Origin: Myxococcota bacterium
Lineage (GTDB): Bacteria; Myxococcota_A; Bradymonadia; UBA7976; UBA1532
Direction: 5' to 3'
DNA: 64,000 nt
Assembly: GCA_036337435.1 (NCBI GenBank)
Contig: JAYZEG010000095.1
Location: forward strand, 33,606 to 97,605
The notes under the pieces are model-generated. The model did no database searches. It saw only the letters and a program-made list of their open reading frames with translations, and was not told the DNA's origin. Of this stretch, positions 29,162-38,936 are shown one piece after another. Position 1 is the first letter of the stretch. The number at the start of each line of letters is the position of its first letter. Position numbers and translations under genes: made by a program.

Positions 29162-31047
29162 GCCGTGCCTCCCGAACCGGGTTCGAGCGGTAAAAGTAGA
29201 TGAAAATTACTGCCTTCCCCCTCAACGGAGACGACCCATAATTTGCCATCGTGGCGATCCACTAAGCGCTTAGCAATTGCCAATCCTAACCCCGTGCCAG
29301 GTCGATCTCTTTGCTCGCTCACGCGATAGAATTCGTCGAAGATTGTTTCCTGTTCGGCCGAGGGGATACCCGGTCCGCTATCCCAAACCGAAACATGGAC
29401 GGCCGCACGCCCATCGTCGAAATGATCTCTAATGGTGGTGACTCGAACGTATCCGGAATCTGTATACTTGAAGGCATTTTCAATGAGGTTACTCAAGACT
29501 TGAGTAATTCGTTTTCGATCTGCATGGACCAATGGAACATCATCTGCCGCTGCGATTTCGGCCTTGATTGTTGGCTTTGCGCGGTCTGCCAAGCGGGTCA
29601 TCACCTCTGTTGCTAATTCATTCATGTCAAAGGCATTGATATCCAATGGGATATCCTGCCAGTGATCGAGTTCCGATAGCATGAGAATGTCTCGGACGTG
29701 ATCGTTTAATTGTTCAGCCGCTTGGTCTATGACCGCCAAATCGTTTAGTTGATCTTGATTGAGGGTTTGAGCCGCGAGCTCCGTGCAGCTCTGCCGAATC
29801 GACCGGAGTGGTTCTTGTAATTCATCGCTTGCCGAGCGCAGAAAAATATTTTGAGCTTCATTGCTCTGAGCGGCCAAGTTTAATTCTCTGAGCAGGGCGC
29901 GTTGAACCGTTGTGTGGACCTGCATTCTATCGTTTAGATGCGTGGCGAGGTCGCCGGCCTCATCGTTTCCGGGTATCGGAATTCCACCCATGCTGCCTCC
30001 GTATCGCACGGGTGTGCCCGACGACGCCGGCACCGAGACATTACCTAGACGCTTAAGACCATCTGAGATCGACCGAAGTGTGTTGCGGATTTCAAGGGCT
30101 GCAAGCCAAGCCGCGAGCGGTGAGCCGAAGAGCAGGGCTATCAAAAACACCAGCGAGAATGCAAACTCTGGTGCTGTCGCCGGTGGTGACAGCGTGCCGG
30201 AGACGCCAAGCCAAAGAACCGCATCTTGATAGGGTCTTGTGACAATATGCCATCGACTCCCATCAGGGCTTAGTGCATAAAAGCCATAGGCGGTTGGCTC
30301 CATTCTATCGCTGGCACCGAGCCAACTCGGGACGTCGTTATTTTTGACCAGTTCGGGAAAGATGAATTCTGTTCGGCGCCAGATGGAGAGAATCCTGTTC
30401 CGTTTTTGCTCATCTTTGGCCAGAGCCAGTTCTGCCCCGATCCGCTCGGCTATATCGATGAGCGCATTTCCTTTTAAATTGCTCAAACGCCCTGCTGAAC
30501 GCGCCGTAAGCCCGACGCCTAGCAGGCAGGCTAATATGACACAAATCACAGTTGCATTCAGGGTGGTGATGGTATTGAGAGCAGGTAAGTGTTTTGACCC
30601 GACCTCCCGGCGCGCTCGTCTCAGACTCCGACGCCCTTCGAAGTAGGTTGTCACAGCGATGATAAACCCGGTCCCAATTTGGCAGCTTAGAATCGCGAAA
30701 TTTTCAAAGTTAGGAAGTCGGATATCACCAAGCCCTGATAACCATCGGGCCAGCGCAGTAGCCAAAACAAACGCGATGAGATCCCGCGCGGCACGGTACG
30801 GAAACCCTCCGTCTAATTGCTGTCTCAACCGAAATATCGAGACGCTACACCAGGCTGCGGCTGTAACCAACCCAGCGACTATGCTCGCGAGCCTGACCGA
30901 CCCGGTTGAGATGGGGTCTAATGCGAGGAACCAGGGAACAAGATAGCCCCATATTAAGGGGAGACTCGCCATCAGTCCCAGCATTGGTGCCCAAGGGATA
31001 CGCGTCGTTGCCCGAGGCATTAGCCGTTCGGGATCATTGGTCGTCAT
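29158..31047 (-). CDS. Membrane sensor-kinase-like protein with intact HATPase and His-to-Asp at the H-box
   Basis: TM helices; FLRSASDELQEPL; QVLSNLIENAFKYT, DSGPGIP, FDEFY, GTGLGLAI; start 31047 or 31020. Confidence 0.85.
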   Translation of the reverse strand: MTTNDPERLMPRATTRIPWAPMLGLMASLPLIWGYLVPWFLALDPISTGSVRLASIVAGLVTAAAWCSVSIFRLRQQLDGGFPYRAARDLIAFVLATALARWLSGLGDIRLPNFENFAILSCQIGTGFIIAVTTYFEGRRSLRRARREVGSKHLPALNTITTLNATVICVILACLLGVGLTARSAGRLSNLKGNALIDIAERIGAELALAKDEQKRNRILSIWRRTEFIFPELVKNNDVPSWLGASDRMEPTAYGFYALSPDGSRWHIVTRPYQDAVLWLGVSGTLSPPATAPEFAFSLVFLIALLFGSPLAAWLAALEIRNTLRSISDGLKRLGNVSVPASSGTPVRYGGSMGGIPIPGNDEAGDLATHLNDRMQVHTTVQRALLRELNLAAQSNEAQNIFLRSASDELQEPLRSIRQSCTELAAQTLNQDQLNDLAVIDQAAEQLNDHVRDILMLSELDHWQDIPLDINAFDMNELATEVMTRLADRAKPTIKAEIAAADDVPLVHADRKRITQVLSNLIENAFKYTDSGYVRVTTIRDHFDDGRAAVHVSVWDSGPGIPSAEQETIFDEFYRVSEQRDRPGTGLGLAIAKRLVDRHDGKLWVVSVEGEGSNFHLLLPLEPGSGGTA

Positions 31048-32293
31048 CGTTGGTTTCCAAGTAGACTTCCTGAATGGCTCGAGCACTGGCGCGTCTGACC
31101 GTGAGAGTATGGCCACTCTCCAGAACGACGGTCTCTCCAACCCTTGGTATTCGTCGAAGTGTTTCGAGGATAAAACCGGCGACCGTCTCGTATTCGGTTG
31201 ACTCAGGTATGCCAGCGTTCAGTTCTTGATTCACCAATTCAACTGTTGCTCGTGCATCGATTGCAATGCCGTACTGAAGTTGGCGCCACAGGCCCGTACG
31301 TGAATCGTGTTCATCGTGTATCTCACCTACGATCTCTTCGATGATGTCTTCGAGTGTCAGCAACCCAACCGTTCCGCCAAACTCATCGACGACGATTGCG
31401 GCTGACGCAGCCTCCCGTTGAAGAACAACCATCACCTCATCGACATCTTGTGTCTCTGGCACAAAGTGCGCAGGACGCATCAGTTTGGCGACGTTGATGT
31501 CATCGCCGGTCGCGGTAAACAGATCGAGATGATGAAGAATGCCGACAATGTTGTCGATTCGCTCGTCATAAACGGGCAGGCGGGAATAGCCAGCCCGCGC
31601 GATCAGCTCGACCGCATCACGGACGGTGCTCGTGTGGCTGATGGCAACCATTTCGGCCAGCGGCACCATGCTGTCGCGTGCACGCAATTGATTGAAGGCA
31701 AAGATGCGGGAAATCATTTCCCGCTCGTCTTCTTCGATCTCACCTGGGTCATCGCTGACCTCCATGAGAAGGACAAGTTCTTCGCGGGAGACCATGGTCT
31801 CATCGGAAATCTCTTCGAGTCCCAGTAACCTGTACAAGAGCCGGGTGTAGCTTCGAACCAGCACAATAAATGGCGTAAATAGTCTGTTGACTATGTAGAG
31901 CGGCGTTGCGAGTACACCAGCGAGCGAATCGGCTCGGCTCTGCCCGATGCTTTTGGGAATAATTTCAGCCCCGATCAGAACCAGTGGTGACATTAAAAGC
32001 ATCGCCCACCACCCTCCATTGGCGGGATCAATTTTAATCAGGGTCAGCGATGCAACGGTCGACCCCGTGACCGTTGAGAAATTAGTGCCAAGTAGGGTGG
32101 TGCCAAACAGACGGTCTGGCCGTTCTCGAAACCAAAGGACACGTTGAGCCGAGCTGCTGCCCTTGCGCACCGCTTCTTCGAGACGAATTCGGTTAGCGGA
32201 TACGATGGACAACTCGGACATCGCAAAAAAAGCTTCTGCAAGAATACAAAAACCAACGGTGATCCAAGGTAGAAGGGAGACGAAGATGTCCAC
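31034..32293 (-). CDS. CNNM/CorB hemolysin-family protein (DUF21 + 2 CBS + CorC_HlyC)
   Basis: FFAMSE, AEIIPK, YSRLPVY, VDEFGGTVGLLTLEDIIEEIVGEI, YETVAG. Confidence 0.9.
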   Translation of the reverse strand: MDIFVSLLPWITVGFCILAEAFFAMSELSIVSANRIRLEEAVRKGSSSAQRVLWFRERPDRLFGTTLLGTNFSTVTGSTVASLTLIKIDPANGGWWAMLLMSPLVLIGAEIIPKSIGQSRADSLAGVLATPLYIVNRLFTPFIVLVRSYTRLLYRLLGLEEISDETMVSREELVLLMEVSDDPGEIEEDEREMISRIFAFNQLRARDSMVPLAEMVAISHTSTVRDAVELIARAGYSRLPVYDERIDNIVGILHHLDLFTATGDDINVAKLMRPAHFVPETQDVDEVMVVLQREAASAAIVVDEFGGTVGLLTLEDIIEEIVGEIHDEHDSRTGLWRQLQYGIAIDARATVELVNQELNAGIPESTEYETVAGFILETLRRIPRVGETVVLESGHTLTVRRASARAIQEVYLETNDDDQ

Positions 32294-33324
32294 TAGCGTC
32301 CCCCCCTTTCGTCCGGGTCATTAAGGCCGGGATGAGCATCTGTGATGGGCCCAAAGAGCTCCTCCAAAAGGTCTTCCATCGTACAGAGACCAATGGCCTG
32401 GCCCGATCGATTGATGACGATGGCCATATGGGTGCGGGATGCACGAAATTCTTCAAGCAACTCTGCTGCCGGCCGCCGAGCAAAAGTAAAAAGGGGGTCT
32501 CTTCTGAGATGATTGAGTGCACGTTTAGGTCGAAGTCCCCAGCGGATTGCAAGAAGGTCCTTGGCCATGAGCAGACCGACCACATTTCTCGGGTGCCGTC
32601 GCCAAATTGGAATTCGGCTGTGAGGTTCTCCTGAGACAAGCTCAATGGCTTTCTCAATAGGCGTTTTGTCCTCGAGGGAAAAAACACGGTCCCAAGGCCG
32701 CATAACATCGCCTACCGACAGGTCACCAAAGTCCAGCACATTTTTAATCAGTTGGTGCTCTTGCGCCTCAAGAACGCCCTCTTGTTCGCCCACTTCAATG
32801 AGTGTTCTAAATTCACTCTCATCAATGGTTGTGTCCGCTTGTTCGCCGACCGGCTTACTCAAATTTCGATCGATTGCAAAATCTGTCAATGCCCTTAGAA
32901 AGCCGATAATTGGTCTTGTCGCCTTGATGAAAATCATGATTGGGCGTGCCACCAGCGCCGCGATTAACTCGGGTTTTTTAGACGCGACGGTTTTCGGGGT
33001 AATCTCACCAAGAATGAGCAGTATGGGAATCACCATTGCGGCCGATAACAGTGCCTGTTTAGTCAGAGAATAATCACTGAGCCACTGGCTTGTAATACTG
33101 GCACCAACAATAGACAGTGCAACGTTTGTCAACTCGTTACCCAACAAGACACCGACCAATAGGTCTTTGGGTTTCTCAAGCAGTGAGCTGATCACACGCT
33201 CTATTTTTCGCTCCGATTGCTGCAATCTGGCATGGGCGACCTTGCCAATGCTAAATAACGCTGTCTCCGACCCCGAAAAGAAACCGGACATAAACAGTAA
33301 AACGCCAAATATTAGGTATTCCAC
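32293..33324 (-). CDS. CNNM/CorB family protein (DUF21 + 2 CBS, no CorC_HlyC domain)
   Basis: SGFFSGSETALFS, GEITPK, HSRIP, TMEDLLEELFGPI. Confidence 0.88.
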   Translation of the reverse strand: MEYLIFGVLLFMSGFFSGSETALFSIGKVAHARLQQSERKIERVISSLLEKPKDLLVGVLLGNELTNVALSIVGASITSQWLSDYSLTKQALLSAAMVIPILLILGEITPKTVASKKPELIAALVARPIMIFIKATRPIIGFLRALTDFAIDRNLSKPVGEQADTTIDESEFRTLIEVGEQEGVLEAQEHQLIKNVLDFGDLSVGDVMRPWDRVFSLEDKTPIEKAIELVSGEPHSRIPIWRRHPRNVVGLLMAKDLLAIRWGLRPKRALNHLRRDPLFTFARRPAAELLEEFRASRTHMAIVINRSGQAIGLCTMEDLLEELFGPITDAHPGLNDPDERGGR

Positions 33325-33326
33325 GT

Positions 33327-34244
33327 TTAGTTCGTTCCTCGTAAAAAATGGTCATAGCCTTGGCCATCGACAGGATGTCCATCGAGATAAACGCCGTGTC
33401 CGGGCACACATGAACCAATCCGCAATGCCCAATCGGGTAATGGGGTTTGTGCAGACGCTGTAAAGAGCAGAACGTAGTCCTCACCGCCTGTAATCGCCGT
33501 CGACAGATCGCCGATGACTGGAATTAAGCTCGACTGAAGTTTAATTTTAACACCACTTGCAGCAGCCATACGAGACGCATCCAATAGGAGACCATCTGAA
33601 ATGTCCATACATGCATGAACGCCATCGGTTTTGGCGAGAATTGCCGCCTCCGCAAGGTGTGGTCGCCATTGATGACGCGCTGTCCGAAAAGCGTCAGTGG
33701 GGGATAGGTATCCTCTTGTCGCACGACCGAGGCACCCTGAGATGAGGACGTCATCCCCAGGCACAGCTGCTGTTCTGAGAAGTGGTTTTTCACCGATCAG
33801 ATAGCCGGCCGCCGTGACTGAGATCACACTGGGGCCGGGTTTCAGCGCCAGGTTACCGGTAATCAGCTGGGTCTGATGAAGTCTCAATTCCGAAGCCATG
33901 CCCTGGGTCAGTTCATAGACATCGTCCAGACTCCACTGTCGGTTTAGATTTAAGGTCCAGCTCACCCAAGCAGGTGCTGCACCACTGGCCGCGAGATCGC
34001 TTAAATTGACGACGGCTGCTTGTCGACCGATGTCGTATGGGCGATCGAATTTACGATTGAAATGTGCATCTTCTACCAATGAGTCGGTGGTCACGATCTC
34101 TGTCGACCGCGGTGCCAAGCCACAATCATCAGTGGTGTCGATGTGAAGTCCGCTTTCGTTGAGTGCCCTCTTAATGACCCGTACAAAATCCGCTTCATTG
34201 AGTACTCTGTCGGCGTTTTCCTTCTCTTGCTGCGGACCAGTCAA
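33327..34244 (-). CDS. thiL: Thiamine-monophosphate kinase
   Basis: DDC, TTDSLVE, NLSDLAASGA, DISDGL, GGEDYVLLFT. Confidence 0.88.
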   Translation of the reverse strand: MTGPQQEKENADRVLNEADFVRVIKRALNESGLHIDTTDDCGLAPRSTEIVTTDSLVEDAHFNRKFDRPYDIGRQAAVVNLSDLAASGAAPAWVSWTLNLNRQWSLDDVYELTQGMASELRLHQTQLITGNLALKPGPSVISVTAAGYLIGEKPLLRTAAVPGDDVLISGCLGRATRGYLSPTDAFRTARHQWRPHLAEAAILAKTDGVHACMDISDGLLLDASRMAAASGVKIKLQSSLIPVIGDLSTAITGGEDYVLLFTASAQTPLPDWALRIGSCVPGHGVYLDGHPVDGQGYDHFLRGTN

Positions 34245-34249
34245 TTGCC

Positions 34250-35524
34250 CTACACCTGTGTCAACGGTATCGCAAACGAGAAGGTCGAGCCTTGCCCCAT
34301 GCGACTAAAAACTTCTATCCGTCCGCCGTGAGCTTCGACAAAATTTTTTGCAATCGACAGCCCAAGACCTGCTCCACCGTACTCCCGGGTCACGCTGTTG
34401 TCCACTTGGTAGAAGGCATCAAAGATTCGGATGAGGTGTTGCCGTTCAATCCCTTTACCTGTGTCCTGAACAGACACCTTTATCCCGTATTTTGGCGAGC
34501 GGCGCGTGCCTTGCTGGTCGCCTGTTGGTAGTCGCGTTCGCGAAAGCGCGACGGTGACCTGTCCGGCCGCCCCAGTAAACTTTACGGCATTGCCGATGAG
34601 GTTTAGCAGGACTTGGCGGATTTTTTGAACGTCAATCTGGATCTCTGGCAGGTCTGGCTCAATGGATTGATTGAGGTGGATATCGCGTTTCAGAGCTGTT
34701 GGGCGAAGGGTTGCTAAGGCATCCTCGACGAGTGTGTCTAGCGCACACTGTTCGAGGTCAATGGATGCTCCGCCCCGTTGTATGACCGAAATTTTAAGTA
34801 AATTGTCGATCATTTCTAACAGCGTCTGTCCACGTTCTCGGATGATTTGGACATACTCGGCTTGCTCCACATTGAGCTCGCCACCATAGCCGTCGAGCAA
34901 CATGTCAGAATAGCCCATCACAGAGGTGAGTGGGGTCCTCAATTCATGGCTGACGGTGGCCAGAAATTGGCTCTTTAAATCATCGAGTTCGCGCAGCCGA
35001 TTCAGATTTGCTGCGAGTGCTGCGTTCCGAGTTTCCAAGGCTTCATTGGCGACTTGAAGTTCTTGGGTTAAGACCTGTGCGGCGATGGCGTTTTGCTCTC
35101 GCTCTCTGAAGCCCCTAGCTGCAGATCGATAAGCCAAAATCAGGCTGGATGTAAGAGACGTTGCCATCTCTACGGTATGACGTGATGCCGAACGGCCTTG
35201 GATGGTACCGGTCGAGGCACTCTGATGGCTGTGACCGCCTCCATGAACTTGACCGTCCAATTCACTGACGCAGAGATTGGCTAGGTGTCGACTCTGATCG
35301 ATGACAGCGAACTCGGTTTGAGCACTGGGGGCTTTGATACTCAAGTCCAGATTTCGGGACCGATCTGTTTTGGGAACACAATCGACGATCATCTCTCCGC
35401 TGACTGCACTCAGTTGGATGCGGACGGAAAAACAATCTGCAAATACCTGACACATGTCCGTCAAGGGCTCAAGGCCGATGATCTCATCGATGGGGATCGA
35501 TGAAACTTCGTCCGTGATTGTCAT
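34250..35524 (-). CDS. Soluble sensor histidine kinase (canonical HisKA + HATPase; N-terminus weakly PocR-like)
   Basis: FLATVSHELRTPL, QVLLNLIGNAVKFT, DTGKGI, GAGLGL; no obvious TM helix. Confidence 0.92.
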   Translation of the reverse strand: MTITDEVSSIPIDEIIGLEPLTDMCQVFADCFSVRIQLSAVSGEMIVDCVPKTDRSRNLDLSIKAPSAQTEFAVIDQSRHLANLCVSELDGQVHGGGHSHQSASTGTIQGRSASRHTVEMATSLTSSLILAYRSAARGFREREQNAIAAQVLTQELQVANEALETRNAALAANLNRLRELDDLKSQFLATVSHELRTPLTSVMGYSDMLLDGYGGELNVEQAEYVQIIRERGQTLLEMIDNLLKISVIQRGGASIDLEQCALDTLVEDALATLRPTALKRDIHLNQSIEPDLPEIQIDVQKIRQVLLNLIGNAVKFTGAAGQVTVALSRTRLPTGDQQGTRRSPKYGIKVSVQDTGKGIERQHLIRIFDAFYQVDNSVTREYGGAGLGLSIAKNFVEAHGGRIEVFSRMGQGSTFSFAIPLTQV

Positions 35525-36243
35525 CGGTCAAACTGCCAAGCCGTCTGAGATTGTGTGATAAAATAATAGGCTAATGCGAACAGCAGCAGTAGCAACCCGC
35601 CGGTGAGAATGGTCGCAAGACCACGCTTGCTTCCAGCAGCCACTCGAGAGATCTTTTGATCCATATGGCCTGCTTCTACCAATGCGGCCTGAATGACCTT
35701 CTGGCGGTATTCCGACGCCTTCTCGTTCTCTGGATCGGCATCTAAGGCCTCTCGGTAGCAGGATCCAGCATAGGTCAGCAAACGCTGACTCGCACAAAGA
35801 GCAATGAATTGTTTGTGCCCGTCTTCATCGTCCCAATTTGCCTCGAGTGACGCCCATAGGGCCGGTAGCTTTTCCTCGAGCGGATGTCCACTCAGGGGAT
35901 TCTTCCATTTTTCGAGTTGCCTTGGATTGGCAGATTTTGGCACCAACCCACAGCGTGGACAGGCCTCATTTTCAGTCTCTTTAGGCCAACTACATTTTGG
36001 GCATGAGATGATGAGGGCGGGTGCAGTCCGAGGGGCGGGCGGGGTTGCACTCTCCACTTGGCTCGTGCCTGTTGCCGTTGTTGAATCCTTGGCGTCTGTA
36101 GATGTTGAGCCGCGATACTTTGGAACCGGACCGATCGACGTTTTGTGTCCACAACTCTCGCAGACGAGTACAAAAAAACCCTCTAGGGCTTGGCATTGAC
36201 TGATGAGATGGCTTTGGCCACACGCTTCGCATTGAATATCCAC
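35521..36243 (-). CDS. Zinc-ribbon protein with C-terminal TM anchor
   Basis: Four CxxC pairs (CEAC, CESC, CPKC, CPRC); C-terminal hydrophobic helix; overlaps start of the kinase gene. Confidence 0.75.
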   Translation of the reverse strand: MDIQCEACGQSHLISQCQALEGFFVLVCESCGHKTSIGPVPKYRGSTSTDAKDSTTATGTSQVESATPPAPRTAPALIISCPKCSWPKETENEACPRCGLVPKSANPRQLEKWKNPLSGHPLEEKLPALWASLEANWDDEDGHKQFIALCASQRLLTYAGSCYREALDADPENEKASEYRQKVIQAALVEAGHMDQKISRVAAGSKRGLATILTGGLLLLLFALAYYFITQSQTAWQFDR

Positions 36244-36395
36244 GCCCCTATTGTGCTAAAAGACAGCCTTGGGTCAAGGCTTCATCGACGTGTTGTCGAA
36301 GTAAAAAGTGATCGCCCATGCATGACTGCGTTGCACGCGGGCCATGTCCGGCATACATTCGAGAAGCTAGGCTCGACATTTTGGGAGTGAAGACA

Positions 36396-36749
36396 GTGAA
36401 AATATCACGAAATGCCCTCTGCCCATGCGGCAGCGGTAAAAAATATAAGCACTGCTGTCTAAAAAACGGTGTGTACGACTTCGGACAAGGCGCGGTGGGT
36501 GAAGCTGGAGGCGTAGTCAGTTCCCGCAAGAAAACCGGTCAAGTCGCGAAAATTCTTGCGGTGACCGGGTTGTTGGCGGCCATTGGTGTCGGGATTTGGC
36601 AGGACGACGCCTTTACGGGCATTGGGATCGCTGCCGCTTGGACCTTGGCCAGTGTCGCTTATTTGAGTTTTCGCGACCCTCCACCTCCAAATGAGAATGC
36701 GGGTGACCCAGCAGCACTCAATTTCGGACGGCCAGCCGATCGAAAATAA
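36396..36749 (+). CDS. SEC-C motif membrane protein
   Basis: [17 protein letters not shown] plus two TM helices; GTG 36396 after GGGAG. Confidence 0.78.
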   Translation: MKISRNALCPCGSGKKYKHCCLKNGVYDFGQGAVGEAGGVVSSRKKTGQVAKILAVTGLLAAIGVGIWQDDAFTGIGIAAAWTLASVAYLSFRDPPPPNENAGDPAALNFGRPADRK

Positions 36750-38060
36750 GTGCTGTATTCGCTCATCTCAGGTCTTTTCTGTCTGGCACTCAGGCTCTTC
36801 TATCGATGTCAATATATCGGGGTTGAGCTCCCGTCGGATGGGCCAGTTTTGCTGGTCGCTAATCACCCTAATGGGCTCATCGACCCGGTCATGCTGATGG
36901 ATCGAGCTCATCGCCCTGTGCGCTTTCTTGGTAAAGCGCCGCTCTTCGAGATGCCCGTTATCGGTTGGCTCATGACCCAGCTTAAATGCCTCCCCGTCTA
37001 TCGTTCGCAGGATGGACAGGGGACAGGGGGTAACCAGAGTACTTTTGCTGCCGTCAGCGCGGCGTTAAATAAAGGGGAAGTGGTCTGCCTTTTCCCTGAG
37101 GGCATAAGTCACGATGAACCTCAACTACAGCCTTTGAAAACGGGAGCTGCTCGCATGGCCTTCGACGCTTTATTCGCGGCACCGGAGACCGAACCGATTC
37201 AAATTGTTCCAGTTGGGTTGCACTATTCGGACAAGTCTATTTTCCGGACGCAAGCAACGGCCCTTGTGGGACACAGCTTTTCCATCGACGATGACTTGGC
37301 AGGCTTGTTCGCGGAAGACCCGCGCGGTGCAGTTCTTGAATTGACGGGGCGGATCGATGCAGCGATACGCGATGTCACCCTTAACCTTGACGATTGGACC
37401 CAGTTGGCTGCGCTCGAAATCGCACGACAACTGGACCCGGGCGATGCTGAGGTTGTGAGCTTATTAAATTTGGCACAGGCGGAACGAGTTTTGGCTCATG
37501 CACAGCCCGTTCGACTCAAGCAGCTCAAAAATCAATTGGTTGAGTTTAAAGCAGATATTGACTGGTTGGGTCTGAGCATGGCTGATGTCCGGTCAGAGTC
37601 CTCTACGGTCAGTCCGCCAGCGATGGCCATTTCAGCGGCCGGTCGACTTTTTGCTTTAGCGCTTGTCGCTCTGGTCGGGATTATCGCCTACGCGATACCC
37701 TACTTCTCCGTCCGTTTAGTCGAGCGGCTTAAGCCCGTTGACCGAGACGTTGTCGCGACGGTGAAATTGCTGTCTGGCATGTTGTTCTTTACATGCTGGC
37801 AGGTTTTTCTTGGCATTGTTTGCGCATGGACTGGCGGCACAACCGGGCTGATCTTCAGCCTAACCCTTCCGTTTTTTGGCTATTTGGCTCTCCTTTGGAT
37901 CGAACGTAAAGACGCGTATTGGAGGCGCTGTTTATATGCCCTATTGGCCTTACACAGTCCCAAGTTACTCGCGCGTTTACACGCGCGGCGCAGACAAATC
38001 GAAACGGAGCTAGACGCACTGGCACTTTATCTACAAAATTCGTCTGAACAGCGTCGATAG
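36750..38060 (+). CDS. Lysophospholipid/glycerol-3-phosphate acyltransferase family protein
   Basis: NHPNGLID (HX4D), PVYR, FPEG, KTGAAR; C-terminal TM helices. Confidence 0.88.
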   Translation: MLYSLISGLFCLALRLFYRCQYIGVELPSDGPVLLVANHPNGLIDPVMLMDRAHRPVRFLGKAPLFEMPVIGWLMTQLKCLPVYRSQDGQGTGGNQSTFAAVSAALNKGEVVCLFPEGISHDEPQLQPLKTGAARMAFDALFAAPETEPIQIVPVGLHYSDKSIFRTQATALVGHSFSIDDDLAGLFAEDPRGAVLELTGRIDAAIRDVTLNLDDWTQLAALEIARQLDPGDAEVVSLLNLAQAERVLAHAQPVRLKQLKNQLVEFKADIDWLGLSMADVRSESSTVSPPAMAISAAGRLFALALVALVGIIAYAIPYFSVRLVERLKPVDRDVVATVKLLSGMLFFTCWQVFLGIVCAWTGGTTGLIFSLTLPFFGYLALLWIERKDAYWRRCLYALLALHSPKLLARLHARRRQIETELDALALYLQNSSEQRR

Positions 38061-38136
38061 ACCCGTGTACAAAACCCGTCGTAAAAGCCTTTGGGCGACC
38101 GGCGGACACCAGCAGCCCTCAACATCGTCACGGATC

Positions 38137-38568
38137 TCAGTCGTCACGGTTCGGGTTTCGTCTCAGCGACTTTTTCGCACTGTGCTTTTTCTTGCTGTTC
38201 AAGCGGCGTTCCTTCGAGCCTTTGGTGGGTTTCGTGGCTCGGCGCGAGCGGCGAACTACAAGTGCGTTCCTGATCAATTCCGCCAAGCGGTGTCGAGCGT
38301 CTAGCTTATTTTTCAGCTGGCTTCGACTGACGTCGGAATGAAGTTGTAAATAGCCGTTCTGATCAAGTCGGCTCGCTAAGTTCGCGCGCAATCGATTGCG
38401 TGTGGTTTCATTGAGGGCCTCGCTGTCAATTAGGTTCCATTTCAATGTGACTCGAGAGCTGGTCTTATTGGTCGCCTGGCCTCCTGGTCCCGATGTTCGA
38501 TTGGCGGAATATTCCAATTCATGGCCTGGAATGATCAGACGGCCGGTCACGTGCAATGGGTCCTTCAT
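38137..38568 (-). CDS. arfB: Alternative ribosome rescue factor ArfB (YaeJ)
   Basis: SGPGGQATNK, RSQLKN, basic tail RRATKPTKGSKERRL; start ATG 38568. Confidence 0.9.
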   Translation of the reverse strand: MKDPLHVTGRLIIPGHELEYSANRTSGPGGQATNKTSSRVTLKWNLIDSEALNETTRNRLRANLASRLDQNGYLQLHSDVSRSQLKNKLDARHRLAELIRNALVVRRSRRATKPTKGSKERRLNSKKKHSAKKSLRRNPNRDD

Positions 38569-38837
38569 CGGACACGGCTCTTCTGGAGTCGAGGCGCCAT
38601 CTCGGTAATGGCGAGGTAGATGGCTAGGCCTGAAATGGCCAGCCAGCACTCTATGGCATAAAGACGTCGCCGGGTCATGAGATCAAGGTCAATGGTTTTT
38701 GCTTGTTCCATCAGCGGACCACCGATCTCTGCGGGTTTAAGAACGCTGAAAATAATGTAGCTGGCGTAGATGATTTCCACTAAGAAATTAAGAATAATGA
38801 ACCAGTGGAGCCCTAACAATCCATATCGTTTAAGCAT
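38565..38837 (-). CDS. Small two-TM membrane protein of unknown function
   Basis: ATG 38837 after GGAGG; two hydrophobic helices; ATGA overlap with arfB. Confidence 0.7.
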   Translation of the reverse strand: MLKRYGLLGLHWFIILNFLVEIIYASYIIFSVLKPAEIGGPLMEQAKTIDLDLMTRRRLYAIECWLAISGLAIYLAITEMAPRLQKSRVR

Positions 38838-38936
38838 AGTTGAACCCTCCAAATTTGATCCTCCCATGCTCCCCGGTGATGAGCAAGTGACACGACCCGA
38901 TTGACCTAAACGCTTACTTAGTGAGACTCATGGGGC

